Of a DNA stretch of 26,956 nt, positions 9,039 to 17,595 are shown piece by piece. Source of the DNA: a virus (lineage: Duplodnaviria > Caudoviricetes); IMG/VR virus record IMGVR_UViG_3300011441_000032, positions 1-26,956 of that record. One strand, 5' to 3'. How positions within the stretch are numbered: the stretch's first letter is position 1; every line of letters begins with the position of its first letter. Under the pieces are notes generated by a model. The model did not search any database and was not told the DNA's origin. It saw only the letters and a list, made by a program, of their open reading frames with translations. Position numbers and translations under genes: made by a program.

Positions 9039-9098
9039 TAAGATTTTTAAGGGGTGATGAAAATAGTTTTGAGTTCATTACGATTATGTAATGAGGAG

Positions 9099-9293
9099 TT
9101 AGATGTAATCCATTATACTGACTGCTGGAGACATTGGTGGATTCTGAATATTTTCAATCAAAGCTAATATTTTGCGGGCCTTGACAAGTTGTGAAGACGA
9201 ATTAGTCGTTTCAGCTGTGAAAGAAACCAATTCCTTTATGACTAGCAAATTATACTTAGAGCAAAGCTCTTCTTCATCGTTAGTAATAGCCAT
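9099..9293 (-). CDS. hypothetical protein
   Basis: AGGAG SD, 64 aa. Confidence 0.65.
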   Translation of the reverse strand: MAITNDEEELCSKYNLLVIKELVSFTAETTNSSSQLVKARKILALIENIQNPPMSPAVSIMDYI

Positions 9294-9298
9294 ATCTC

Positions 9299-9466
9299 CT
9301 ATTTGACGATAATTCCTGTAGTATATAGCATCTGGATAACTTTCAATATTGAAAAAGCTAAGGTGCCCATAAGAATGAAAAACATAAAGCTTTGAAGTGT
9401 TATACTAGGTTGACGTTTCACTATCTTCAAAAGTTCGGCAGTGCGTTCTTTGCGAGTTTTAGCCAC
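9299..9466 (-). CDS. 55-aa membrane protein (not in ORF track)
   Basis: GGAG SD, GTG start; MAKTRKERTAELLKIVKRQPSITLQSFMFFILMGTLAFSILKVIQMLYTTGIIVK; fills the gap. Confidence 0.6.
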   Translation of the reverse strand: MAKTRKERTAELLKIVKRQPSITLQSFMFFILMGTLAFSILKVIQMLYTTGIIVK

Positions 9467-9520
9467 CGAATTTTCTCCATTGTTTTGAAAACAGGATTAA
9501 ATACTGTAGCACAACTTAAG

Positions 9521-10078
9521 CTAGTAAGAAAGCCGCTTTTTCATTTCTTTTATTACATCTTGGATATGTACTGGTGTATAATTAATTTGCTCAACTGAAA
9601 GATTGATGTATCTCTTGTCGGGTTGGTTTCCATTCATTACAAGTTTTTCATGAATATGACCATGAACGTTAAAGGATATAGGCATCTTTCCAGGAACGTT
9701 ATCGGCTTCAAAATTGATAGGATAATGAGTAAGAATAAACCTGATACCGTCTTCTTTGAAGGTGCGGGCGGCCATGACTTTCTGGAATGGACCGATCAGC
9801 CCTTTGAAATTAGTATCATGATTTCCAAGAATCAGCCGCTTCTTACCATTCAGACGTTTCGCAAACTCTGTTTGCCCAAAGTCACCCAAATGATAGACCT
9901 TGTGCTCTGGCATAACAACAGAGTTCCATTTCTGGATAATGTGTTCATTCATCTCCTCAATGGAACTAAATCCAGGGCGAATAGGATTTCCATCTAAACC
10001 AACAAACTTTATTATGTTCTTATGATCAAAATGGGTATCAGCAATTAGCCAAATATCAGGTAGGGACGGTAGGCTCAT
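9521..10078 (-). CDS. calcineurin-like metallophosphoesterase
   Basis: ADTHFDH, HLGDF, GNHD, THYP, HGHIH. Confidence 0.9.
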   Translation of the reverse strand: MSLPSLPDIWLIADTHFDHKNIIKFVGLDGNPIRPGFSSIEEMNEHIIQKWNSVVMPEHKVYHLGDFGQTEFAKRLNGKKRLILGNHDTNFKGLIGPFQKVMAARTFKEDGIRFILTHYPINFEADNVPGKMPISFNVHGHIHEKLVMNGNQPDKRYINLSVEQINYTPVHIQDVIKEMKKRLSY

Positions 10079-10361
10079 CTTCTTTCACTTCCTCATCTTC
10101 TTTGGGAACTACACTCAATTGCACTACATTTGTTTTAGGTGGTGGTTTGGTTTGTCTTCCAGGATAAGGTTTATCAAAAACAAATCTAGCTTTGAAAAGT
10201 CCAGGACCAACAATATGACGAGTTTTACATTCTTGGCATTGAAATCCTAAAGAAGCTTGTAGACCTTCAGGGACTTCTACATATGTAATAAACCATGACA
10301 ATTTTTCTTCATCACAGGTACAAATTGGCCCCGTTAAATTAATGTAGATATTCTTGAACAT
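10056..10361 (-). CDS. Cys-containing hypothetical protein
   Basis: CTC...CQEC; start trimmed to ATG 10361 following upstream stop. Confidence 0.6.
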   Translation of the reverse strand: MFKNIYINLTGPICTCDEEKLSWFITYVEVPEGLQASLGFQCQECKTRHIVGPGLFKARFVFDKPYPGRQTKPPPKTNVVQLSVVPKEDEEVKEDEPTVPT

Positions 10362-10362
10362 G

Positions 10363-10593
10363 TTAGGCTCTGTCTGGGAGCGCTCGGATTTTGTTGTATT
10401 GTTTGAGGGCGTCTTTAATGGTGCTTCTATCCATTTCTTTACCTCGTTGAGAAGTTGGCCAATATAGCTCCATAGCATCATTTATTACTCTGAACGGGGA
10501 TGATGACGGGTCAAATGACATAGCATGAACTAACTCATTAATCAAGTCTCTTTGCAGCGCAGTGAGTTTATTAAACGTCTCCTGATTCACCAT
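10363..10593 (-). CDS. hypothetical protein
   Basis: tiles operon. Confidence 0.55.
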   Translation of the reverse strand: MVNQETFNKLTALQRDLINELVHAMSFDPSSSPFRVINDAMELYWPTSQRGKEMDRSTIKDALKQYNKIRALPDRA

Positions 10594-10774
10594 GTCTAGC
10601 TCCTGCTCCGTTCTCTACAACTCTATGCTCTTCTTTACCACAAAAATCACAAATACGCGATTGATGTGTTCGTGTGATGTTATATTCTTGACTGAAATTA
10701 TCTCGCGCTTTTCCCTTCCAAGTATAAGTGATCCATTTAGACCACTTATGGAAACCCCACCAACAATTATCCAT
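10571..10774 (-). CDS. small zinc-binding protein
   Basis: CxxGFHKWSKW...RICDFCGK. Confidence 0.65.
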   Translation of the reverse strand: MDNCWWGFHKWSKWITYTWKGKARDNFSQEYNITRTHQSRICDFCGKEEHRVVENGAGARHGESGDV

Positions 10775-11138
10775 ATTTTTTCTTCAATCTTTCATATTCT
10801 TTTATTTCATTATCTTTTCGTCTTTTTGCATCTATTTTTCCAGATGCTTCTAACATATCAATACGTTGGTCTACCTCTTCATCACTTTCTGTACGATTCC
10901 AAGCAATATAATAACTTGGGGGATCATCCCCATAACCACATTCTTCACGTATGGTCGCTGTATCTTTATATTCGTCAGGGATTTTATTATATTCTTCAGT
11001 AAGTGTTTTAATAAAATCTATGAGCTTTGTATTATCACTGTAAAAGGTCAGGTCCATTATGTGTGTTGGAATTATTCGCCGCAACTGCTCCCGCAGACGC
11101 AGGCGTTTTTTTGAAACTTTCTTTGTAGCCTTCAACAT
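10767..11138 (-). CDS. hypothetical protein (start uncertain: 11138 or 11057)
   Basis: R.ESDEE..R...EYERLKKKYG phage-type C-terminus. Confidence 0.65.
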   Translation of the reverse strand: MLKATKKVSKKRLRLREQLRRIIPTHIMDLTFYSDNTKLIDFIKTLTEEYNKIPDEYKDTATIREECGYGDDPPSYYIAWNRTESDEEVDQRIDMLEASGKIDAKRRKDNEIKEYERLKKKYG

Positions 11139-11979
11139 CAAAATATTGGTCCGGTTTGAATTGATAATAGCATGGCTCAGCATAGTAACCACACTGGTTT
11201 GAGACGACTTGAGTTTCGCCTATTTTATATTTCTTCGTGTAATGTGTATGACCATGAACATGATACTTAATTTGCGGATTATCTAAAATTAATTGATCCA
11301 GGTCAGACGCAAAAGCTGGTGTTAGCGGATCAGACCTATTCTTGATACTTTGGAAAGACATAGGATGATGAGTAATAACCACCGTAGGTAAATCATTAAA
11401 TTTTTCTAGAGTTTTTGTCAGATAGTTTACGGATTCTCTATGCACATTTAGAATAAACTCAGGTGTAATAACAGGTTTATTTCTGTTCCAAGCGGCACGT
11501 TCTATGTAATTTAAATCCTCATATGCTTTTTGAAGAATCCATCTATAATCATTCATTCCACTCTGACATTGTAACATCGCTGTTGGACTGCCATTAAAGA
11601 AGCTAGTCCAAAGCGTGCAGCCCATGAAAAGCACACCATCTGAATAAACATCATTATTTTCCAATATAAAGAGATTTGGTATATCATTGAAAAACGTTCG
11701 CAGTATTGTTTCTGTTTTATCAAAGACTCCAGAGTAATGGGAGTGATTTCCCATTACTTTGAAGACTTTCTTGTACTTCGGAAAGACGTTCTTTTTCAGA
11801 TACTCAACTGCTTTTTTAAACTGGCGGGCATCTTTATCGGTGCGCCGAGGATCAGTCATAGACGCATTGAAAATATCCCCAGCTAGGACCAAATAATCTC
11901 CTTCCGCAAAATTGCAGTTGAGTCGCCCAAGTCCATTTATTTCTAGGTGTGTATCTGAAAGGTAGACAACTCTCGGCAT
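11035..11979 (-). CDS. calcineurin-like metallophosphoesterase
   Basis: SDTHLE, LAGDI, GNHSHY, GCTLWT, MNDY, THHP, HGHTH. Confidence 0.9.
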   Translation of the reverse strand: MPRVVYLSDTHLEINGLGRLNCNFAEGDYLVLAGDIFNASMTDPRRTDKDARQFKKAVEYLKKNVFPKYKKVFKVMGNHSHYSGVFDKTETILRTFFNDIPNLFILENNDVYSDGVLFMGCTLWTSFFNGSPTAMLQCQSGMNDYRWILQKAYEDLNYIERAAWNRNKPVITPEFILNVHRESVNYLTKTLEKFNDLPTVVITHHPMSFQSIKNRSDPLTPAFASDLDQLILDNPQIKYHVHGHTHYTKKYKIGETQVVSNQCGYYAEPCYYQFKPDQYFDVEGYKESFKKTPASAGAVAANNSNTHNGPDLLQ

Positions 11980-12303
11980 CTAGTCATCCAGAGGATTTGG
12001 AAGTTCGGAAAGTATTCTATCTACAGCGCGACCTGTGTCATCCACAATCTTTCCAAAAAGGTTCGGAATAAAAAAGAACAGATCATCATCCCTTTCCCGA
12101 CGAAAATCTGGAGCTTTATCGCGACGTGGACCTTTGAGTTTTGGGGATGTTGGCTCATCGCAATAGCTAGGCCGATACTGTTTGAATTTGTTTGCCAGAC
12201 ACCGTTGTTCCATTGATTTGGCATCTAGATTTGGTGTACCAGCGTTTGCTGGTACTATTGCGAACATCAATGCCGTCACAGAAACAGCCATAAGCGTTTT
12301 CAT
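11980..12303 (-). CDS. secreted/periplasmic hypothetical protein
   Basis: signal peptide MKTLMAVSVTALMFAIVPANA; GGGAG SD. Confidence 0.65.
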   Translation of the reverse strand: MKTLMAVSVTALMFAIVPANAGTPNLDAKSMEQRCLANKFKQYRPSYCDEPTSPKLKGPRRDKAPDFRRERDDDLFFFIPNLFGKIVDDTGRAVDRILSELPNPLDD

Positions 12304-12362
12304 TTGGATTCTCCCATTAGCGACATTTGAGTTTTGTCGCTGTTGTTGTCACTCACGTCACA

Positions 12363-12391
12363 ATGTTATAAGGGTGCGACAGAAAAGTCAA
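12363..12391 (-). promoter_or_regulatory. sigma70-type early promoter
   Basis: TTGACT-N17-TAACAT. Confidence 0.55.
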
Positions 12392-12400
12392 TGAGTATTT

Positions 12401-12586
12401 TTACTCAAGGAGCAACTGTTTTGTATCTTTTGGTTCAGATTCTTCCACAGTGCATTTAGGACATTTTTCCATATTTGGATTCCACATTGTTTTGCATCCG
12501 CGACAAAGCCATCCGCTTTTTGCGTTGTTAATAACAACACCTTTAAAAGGATTGCTCTCTACATGATTATTGGATTCTGTCGTCAT
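12401..12586 (-). CDS. small zinc-ribbon protein
   Basis: GWLCRGC..W.P..CPKC. Confidence 0.7.
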   Translation of the reverse strand: MTTESNNHVESNPFKGVVINNAKSGWLCRGCKTMWNPNMEKCPKCTVEESEPKDTKQLLLE

Positions 12587-12591
12587 TTGTT

Positions 12592-13683
12592 TTAGTCTTT
12601 TTCCTCTAGTAAGAAACTTGCGTTAATGATCTTGAATGAAAAGTCACTATCCATAGCTTTAAAAACAACTCCCTCGGCCGCAATTTCTTTATTTAGAGAA
12701 GGCCGATCTGCGTACTTAGTAAGATCATCAATAATGGAATGTGGTTTACAAATTGTATCTAAAGAAAAAACACCAAGCACAGGAACATGGTTAACATGAT
12801 ATCTGCGTTTGGATAAAGCCAATAACAAATTCTTTCTTTCTACCGGAGACAGGTAGCGTTGTTCATTAATATCCCATATATGATAAAGATAGAAATCAAA
12901 TCCTAAAATGTTTTCTCTGTTATCCTGAACACCTGGACCCATCAATTCGCCTTGGAATGCAAGGTCATGGCCAAGACATTCTTTTGCGACTTTAATACTG
13001 TCAACTAGGGCCTGTTCTCTTGCACAAGTCCAAAATGCATTTTTGGAGGCGCGGCCTGGACCATCCATACTATCTGTTTCTTCATCCAAATCCCAATTTC
13101 TAGAACAGACGCCCACAGTTTCTAAAATGGGACCAAGACGAGAATCTTCCTTGACATAAACTGTCATAGAGCTACCATCTAGTTTGATGGATGCCTCAAA
13201 CAAGGTCTTCTTTTCAATATGCTCGGTAATCTCTTTGAGAAGGTTCTGAGCACGTTCTTCATCGGTTTTGCGAACGAAATCTGGGAAATTTCCGCGAATT
13301 TTACCTTTTAAATGAACCGGGATGGGCTTTTCATACTTCTGAATACCAAGCAGATCGCCTATCTCAACATCCTCAAGCTCATGTAGATCAGACAGCGGTA
13401 AGATCAAACCTTGTGAGACTTGGCCCCGCATCTTCATGATTTTGACGCGGTAACCTTCTCCAAGATTTACCGTTTTCTTATAGCCGCTCTTGTGCAGAAA
13501 CTCATAGCGCTTATCTATAGGCAGAAATGAATCTGGTTCACAAAATGCAACTAGATCGTTTTCACGATGCAACCCTTTTTGAACGATGACCTTCCAACCT
13601 TTAACGGTTGCTAGTTCTATCTTGTCTGCGCCTGGAATAACTTCTAGCTTTGAAATTCTTTGAATACTAACTAATTTTCTCAT
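12592..13683 (-). CDS. ATP-dependent RNA ligase, Rnl2/DRB0094 family with N-terminal OB-like domain
   Basis: MRKLVSIQ..GADKIE..GW, motif I KLDGSS, CSRN, QGELMGPGVQ, EGVVFK, SFK. Confidence 0.9.
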   Translation of the reverse strand: MRKLVSIQRISKLEVIPGADKIELATVKGWKVIVQKGLHRENDLVAFCEPDSFLPIDKRYEFLHKSGYKKTVNLGEGYRVKIMKMRGQVSQGLILPLSDLHELEDVEIGDLLGIQKYEKPIPVHLKGKIRGNFPDFVRKTDEERAQNLLKEITEHIEKKTLFEASIKLDGSSMTVYVKEDSRLGPILETVGVCSRNWDLDEETDSMDGPGRASKNAFWTCAREQALVDSIKVAKECLGHDLAFQGELMGPGVQDNRENILGFDFYLYHIWDINEQRYLSPVERKNLLLALSKRRYHVNHVPVLGVFSLDTICKPHSIIDDLTKYADRPSLNKEIAAEGVVFKAMDSDFSFKIINASFLLEEKD

Positions 13684-14801
13684 ACAGCAAAACCAACCTT
13701 TGATCTATAAACTGAAAGTTCTCTGCGATTAAATATCTCGCTTAAACAATATTCTCTATCTTCTACTACTTCGGGAACATCTGCTGCCTTGCAGGCTTGT
13801 TTAGCTTCAAGGAAACTCAGTTTTCTGAATTCCATAACATCAAAACAGCGGCCGGGGCGGACCAATGCCCCATCAATCTTTCGGAACTGAGTTAGGTTTG
13901 TGGTGAAAATGATTTTCTTATTTTCAAGTTTAATCAAACCATCACTCAAATTCAAAAGCTTAGTCATTGTCTTGTTGCCATCGTCTTCACGAGATGATAG
14001 CAACAGGTCCGCATCTTCAATGACTAGGAGATGCTTATTGTTGTCAATTAGATATTGGATGTAAAAATAATCAGACTTCATTACATCCGAATCATAGGTG
14101 ACGACAGTATTTAGTTTGTATTCCTTCATAAAATGCTTGAGTAGGGACGTTTTACCTGATCCAGGCTCACCCATCAGTAGCAAGATAGGAGATTCACTTT
14201 CCTTATAAGCCTGAAGATATGATGCGAGCCCTTCTTTAATGAAGGGATAATATTCATCTCTAGCCGTTTGATGGAAGGTAAACTCTAGCCTATGATCATC
14301 AAAATAACCTTCATCGGTTTTAAACCACCATGAAAGCTGAACTTTGGTTTCGTCTTTACCTAGTGTATCTTTGAGTTGACTGCAAAGTTCCCGGCTTTCT
14401 CCAATAACATTAAAAGTCCAAGCGTTATTATGATAATAGGCGATCATAAAAAGATCGGGCCGAGTCAATTTCATATAGCTTTCATCAATCATCGTGACAG
14501 CCAAATCAGGCACAATACCCCGAATGGTATCAAGCATGACGAAAGAGCCTTTGAAATAATCCTTTAGCTTGAAATTGACAGCAAAAACTTCCTTGCCTTG
14601 GCTTTCTAAAGCCTTGACAAATTTATGCTGGTCCATGGCGAGCAACGAATACTGCTCGTTGCTCGCCGATCCTATATTGTAGCCTACGCCATTTTGATTA
14701 AATGGCTCGTCAGCAAGTAATTCTTTTATTGCAGATGGCTTTGATGGGTCACTGCTATTTGGCACATTGTTGAAGACTCGTCTCTTGGGATTTGGAGGCA
14801 T
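13680..14801 (-). CDS. AAA+ ATPase (classical clade)
   Basis: GEPGSGKT, LVIEDAD, FTTN, SRH IDGALVRPGR. Confidence 0.9.
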   Translation of the reverse strand: MPPNPKRRVFNNVPNSSDPSKPSAIKELLADEPFNQNGVGYNIGSASNEQYSLLAMDQHKFVKALESQGKEVFAVNFKLKDYFKGSFVMLDTIRGIVPDLAVTMIDESYMKLTRPDLFMIAYYHNNAWTFNVIGESRELCSQLKDTLGKDETKVQLSWWFKTDEGYFDDHRLEFTFHQTARDEYYPFIKEGLASYLQAYKESESPILLLMGEPGSGKTSLLKHFMKEYKLNTVVTYDSDVMKSDYFYIQYLIDNNKHLLVIEDADLLLSSREDDGNKTMTKLLNLSDGLIKLENKKIIFTTNLTQFRKIDGALVRPGRCFDVMEFRKLSFLEAKQACKAADVPEVVEDREYCLSEIFNRRELSVYRSKVGFAV

Positions 14802-15045
14802 TACAATCCTTTCTAAAGAAAATCATTCCGTTTGAAACACACCAATTCTGACCAAATCGTTTGAGGAATCTATTGGTGTCTTTATGTTTATAGTCAAAAA
14901 GATAACGCAATTGGGTCATGAAAACAGGAGTTATATATTTATTTTTTCTTCCTCCTTCATATCCATTAGCAAGAAAAAACTCTTCATCTTGATTATTTAC
15001 AAGCAAGATGTTCGGATAGCCTTCCGGTGACGTTACGATAGACAT
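14755..15045 (-). CDS. hypothetical protein
   Basis: GAGGGG SD, 96 aa. Confidence 0.6.
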   Translation of the reverse strand: MSIVTSPEGYPNILLVNNQDEEFFLANGYEGGRKNKYITPVFMTQLRYLFDYKHKDTNRFLKRFGQNWCVSNGMIFFRKDCNASKSQETSLQQCAK

Positions 15046-15104
15046 AGCGAACCCCTCAACTGTTCCTGATTGTTGTCTCTAGTTACTTCTGTTGTTTTCG
15101 CTGT

Positions 15105-15188
15105 TTACTTCTTCTGTCGTGCTTTGCGTTTTTTACTTCCCATTTTTCTCCTTCCTTTTCTAGGTCGGTTTTTATGAGCATGAGGCAA
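15105..15188 (-). CDS. 27-aa highly basic micropeptide
   Basis: AAGGA SD, TTG start; MPHAHKNRPRKGRRKMGSKKRKARQKK. Confidence 0.5.
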   Translation of the reverse strand: MPHAHKNRPRKGRRKMGSKKRKARQKK

Positions 15189-15304
15189 TATTCATTTTCC
15201 TTTTCATATTATCACAAAATAATTCTGTTCATCCGACAAAGTAAGAGTCGGGGTTAGTTCGGGTAGGTTTTGGTACTTAGGTGGTGATTTCCTGAGGAAA
15301 TCAA

Positions 15305-15487
15305 TTACTTTTTATGAGCCATATCATACCAAGCATTTTCAAATGCACAGGCCCTTTCTAAGGCCATATCAACCATTTTTGGTGACTTCTTTTCATTTTC
15401 TAGGCTAATCGCCTTAAGAAGCCAACGCTCCCCTTCTGTTTTATTTTCTTCGGCTGTAGCTTTTGGAGTGAAGCTGAGAGACGACAT
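15305..15487 (-). CDS. hypothetical protein
   Basis: AAGGGG SD then ATG 15487 (MSSLSF), downstream of promoter. Confidence 0.65.
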   Translation of the reverse strand: MSSLSFTPKATAEENKTEGERWLLKAISLENEKKSPKMVDMALERACAFENAWYDMAHKK

Positions 15488-15534
15488 TAGATAGTTCCCC
15501 TTCTTCTGCCTTTGTAAGCTCCCAATGTTAGAGT

Positions 15535-15564
15535 ATACTAACATTAACCTATGTTAATAGTCAA
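15535..15564 (-). promoter_or_regulatory. sigma70-type promoter with palindrome in spacer
   Basis: TTGACT-N18-TAGTAT with TGn; ATTAAC-N4-GTTAAT at 15543-15558. Confidence 0.5.
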
Positions 15565-15611
15565 GCGGAGATTACATATTAGTCACAAATCAATTATGTC
15601 AAAGTAGTGGC

Positions 15612-15653
15612 ACATGCGGAATATACTTAGTCGTGACATGCGGAACATACTTA
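15612..15653. repeat. 18-bp direct repeat, two copies
   Basis: acatgcggaatatactta (15612-15629) and acatgcggaacatactta (15636-15653). Confidence 0.85.
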
Positions 15654-15715
15654 CATTATTTACGATAAGTCAAATCAAGATATATTTCACAATATCACAT
15701 GATGTAACGCAATTC

Positions 15716-16117
15716 TTAAGTTAAACTAATGACGTGCTTTCTGTGAATTCTTTTTCCAGCAAAATTATTATAATAATCAAGTTTCAAAAGGCAGTCTGTT
15801 TCCATCTGTATTTTTAATTCCAGATAATTCATCGCTCCTTTAGATTTACACAAATGTAATATCTCACGAGAAAACGCTTTCTCGCCTAATGAGGATACGT
15901 CAGCTTGGAGGGCTGTACAGCTGCTAAAATATGATTTCCAATCACTTTCTGTTATAGAATGTTTCTTGCGACCACGTACTTTTCGTGATCTTTTAAAGAC
16001 AAATTTCTTTTGTCCAATATACTTCTTGTTATTGGTATTGTTTGTTATTAAATAAACGAATCCGATGTTCTCACCAATATCTTCGCTAGTGAAAGGTTTA
16101 GTTTTGTATGTCCACAA
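15716..16117 (-). CDS. small GIY-YIG endonuclease
   Basis: GFVYLITN..KKYIGQKK, W..Y.SS, F.REIL, E, YYN. Confidence 0.85.
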   Translation of the reverse strand: MWTYKTKPFTSEDIGENIGFVYLITNNTNNKKYIGQKKFVFKRSRKVRGRKKHSITESDWKSYFSSCTALQADVSSLGEKAFSREILHLCKSKGAMNYLELKIQMETDCLLKLDYYNNFAGKRIHRKHVISLT

Positions 16118-16123
16118 AAAATG

Positions 16124-16474
16124 TCATTTTCCTATAGTAATCCTATGCCATTTATAGATAGGGCGTTCGGCCAAATCTATATGTACTAGCGACCCATCTT
16201 CAGGTTTGAAATTCACAGACCAGCCGCTACAAAGCTCTTCATATTTAGGAATTGTGCTTAACTCTTTGTGTAGAAACTTTGCGAAATTATCTTCCCATCC
16301 TTCCGCCTCTAGATCATTCGCAGATATATATCCAGATATTTTATCCCCAACTTTATTCTTAAATTGCTGCCACTCTGTTTCCATCGTGTTGTTCTGATGC
16401 ATAACATAGTATCCTCCAATCAATCCTGAAAAGAGGATACCAACAACTACCAGTGCTATTAGCTTACGTGTCAT
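16124..16474 (-). CDS. membrane-anchored hypothetical protein
   Basis: N-terminal hydrophobic helix. Confidence 0.65.
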   Translation of the reverse strand: MTRKLIALVVVGILFSGLIGGYYVMHQNNTMETEWQQFKNKVGDKISGYISANDLEAEGWEDNFAKFLHKELSTIPKYEELCSGWSVNFKPEDGSLVHIDLAERPIYKWHRITIGK

Positions 16475-16695
16475 TTCTCTAGCTCTTGATAACGACGAAA
16501 TTGTTCACTCATATTCAATGGCTCTTCTTTGGGCGCATTTACTTTATGTAAATTTTGGCCCAAATGAAATCCAGCTGAATTGAGTACACATTTTGCTTTT
16601 GGATCATTCATCGTTTGGGCGCGGGCATGCAACCATGAAATGGCAAATTGAATACCATCATTTCTTCCCCTCTGATAATCAGGCACTTGCGTCAT
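16471..16695 (-). CDS. hypothetical protein
   Basis: ATGA-coupled on both sides. Confidence 0.65.
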   Translation of the reverse strand: MTQVPDYQRGRNDGIQFAISWLHARAQTMNDPKAKCVLNSAGFHLGQNLHKVNAPKEEPLNMSEQFRRYQELEK

Positions 16696-17291
16696 GGTGT
16701 TTTTGATGTATCCACTGGTGGAACTGCAACAGCTGGCACAATTGGTTTGAAAATAGGAGTAATAAGAATACTAGGCTTTGGTTGTGAAAGATGTTCGGTG
16801 TAATCTTTACTAACATTTCTACCCGGTGCTGCCGTTCTTGGCTTAGTGCTAGGAATGTCAGCCCAAGCCATGAATTTGTCACGATTTTCTTGTGTATCTG
16901 GCAATTCGCCTAGCTTGGTGACTTTCTTCCACACAATCGCCCAATTTGGGCTTAGGAAGGCGACATGCTCCATAGCTCGGTAGGGAGTGCCCCAGAGAAA
17001 ACCAAGCGCCAGATGGGCTGCACGGGCCTCAGGACGCACATCTTTAGTCCTATGTGACCAAAGGCGGTCGCGAAGCTCTGGATTATGGTTCCACTTCCTT
17101 TCAATGTATTCATATTTGCGATTGCCCTTTATGCCATTTTGGGCACGCAAAGATTGATCATGATTGTCTTTGGCTTTTTTTAGCCATTTTCTGGCATTTA
17201 GTTCGGAGCGACGAATCCTCCTTTGTTCATAGGATAGATTGTCGCGATTGATTTTGAGAAAAGTGTCTTCGTATTCTTTAGTTGTTGTCAT
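16692..17291 (-). CDS. conserved basic hypothetical protein
   Basis: GGAG SD; LKI..L..E.R.IRR.E...HR..VR.EARA.HLA.GFL.G.PY pattern. Confidence 0.75.
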   Translation of the reverse strand: MTTTKEYEDTFLKINRDNLSYEQRRIRRSELNARKWLKKAKDNHDQSLRAQNGIKGNRKYEYIERKWNHNPELRDRLWSHRTKDVRPEARAAHLALGFLWGTPYRAMEHVAFLSPNWAIVWKKVTKLGELPDTQENRDKFMAWADIPSTKPRTAAPGRNVSKDYTEHLSQPKPSILITPIFKPIVPAVAVPPVDTSKTP

Positions 17292-17432
17292 TTTGATAAC
17301 TCTCCGTGTTCAGGTTAGATTTCATGGTTCAGGGGGTTCGTTATCGTTATGGGGGTTCTCTAGCTTGATATTCAGCCTGGATTAATCATTATCTTCTACA
17401 TCCTTTTTCTATAATAATTAAAATGTTTTTAG

Positions 17433-17504
17433 CGCGCATGTTAGGAATCGAACCTAATTCTGTCGGATTGAAAGCCACATCGTCATCCATTGACGTTCAC
17501 GCGC
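17433..17504 (-). tRNA. atypical/degenerate tRNA, most likely Glu(TTC)
   Basis: acceptor GCGCGTG/CATGCGC, D stem CGTC/GACG, T arm TTAGG-TTCGATT-CCTAA; irregular anticodon arm; A8; 3' GCTA rather than CCA. Confidence 0.65.
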
Positions 17505-17507
17505 ATC

Positions 17508-17579
17508 TTATATGATTTCCCAGATCATGGCAAGAGCCGCCAGAAATAATATCGTGCCAACAACGAAGCATCCTCGCAT
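17508..17579 (-). CDS. 23-aa hydrophobic micropeptide
   Basis: MRGCFVVGTILFLAALAMIWEII fills the gap before the tRNA; weak SD. Confidence 0.35.
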   Translation of the reverse strand: MRGCFVVGTILFLAALAMIWEII

Positions 17580-17595
17580 GATTTCTTTTGCGACT

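Noticed and set aside
11035-11138. Programmed frameshift or dual coding at the phosphoesterase 3' overlap
   Set aside because: Explained by an uncertain downstream start (ATG 11057 leaves only a short overlap)
15543-15558. CtrA box (TTAA-N7-TTAA)
   Set aside because: Spacing is 6 nt, not 7; kept only as a palindrome
15612-15653. Mini CRISPR array
   Set aside because: Only two 18-bp copies with a 6-nt gap; no cas genes
15716-16117. Mobile homing endonuclease
   Set aside because: Catalytic domain only, no DNA-binding tail and no intron context
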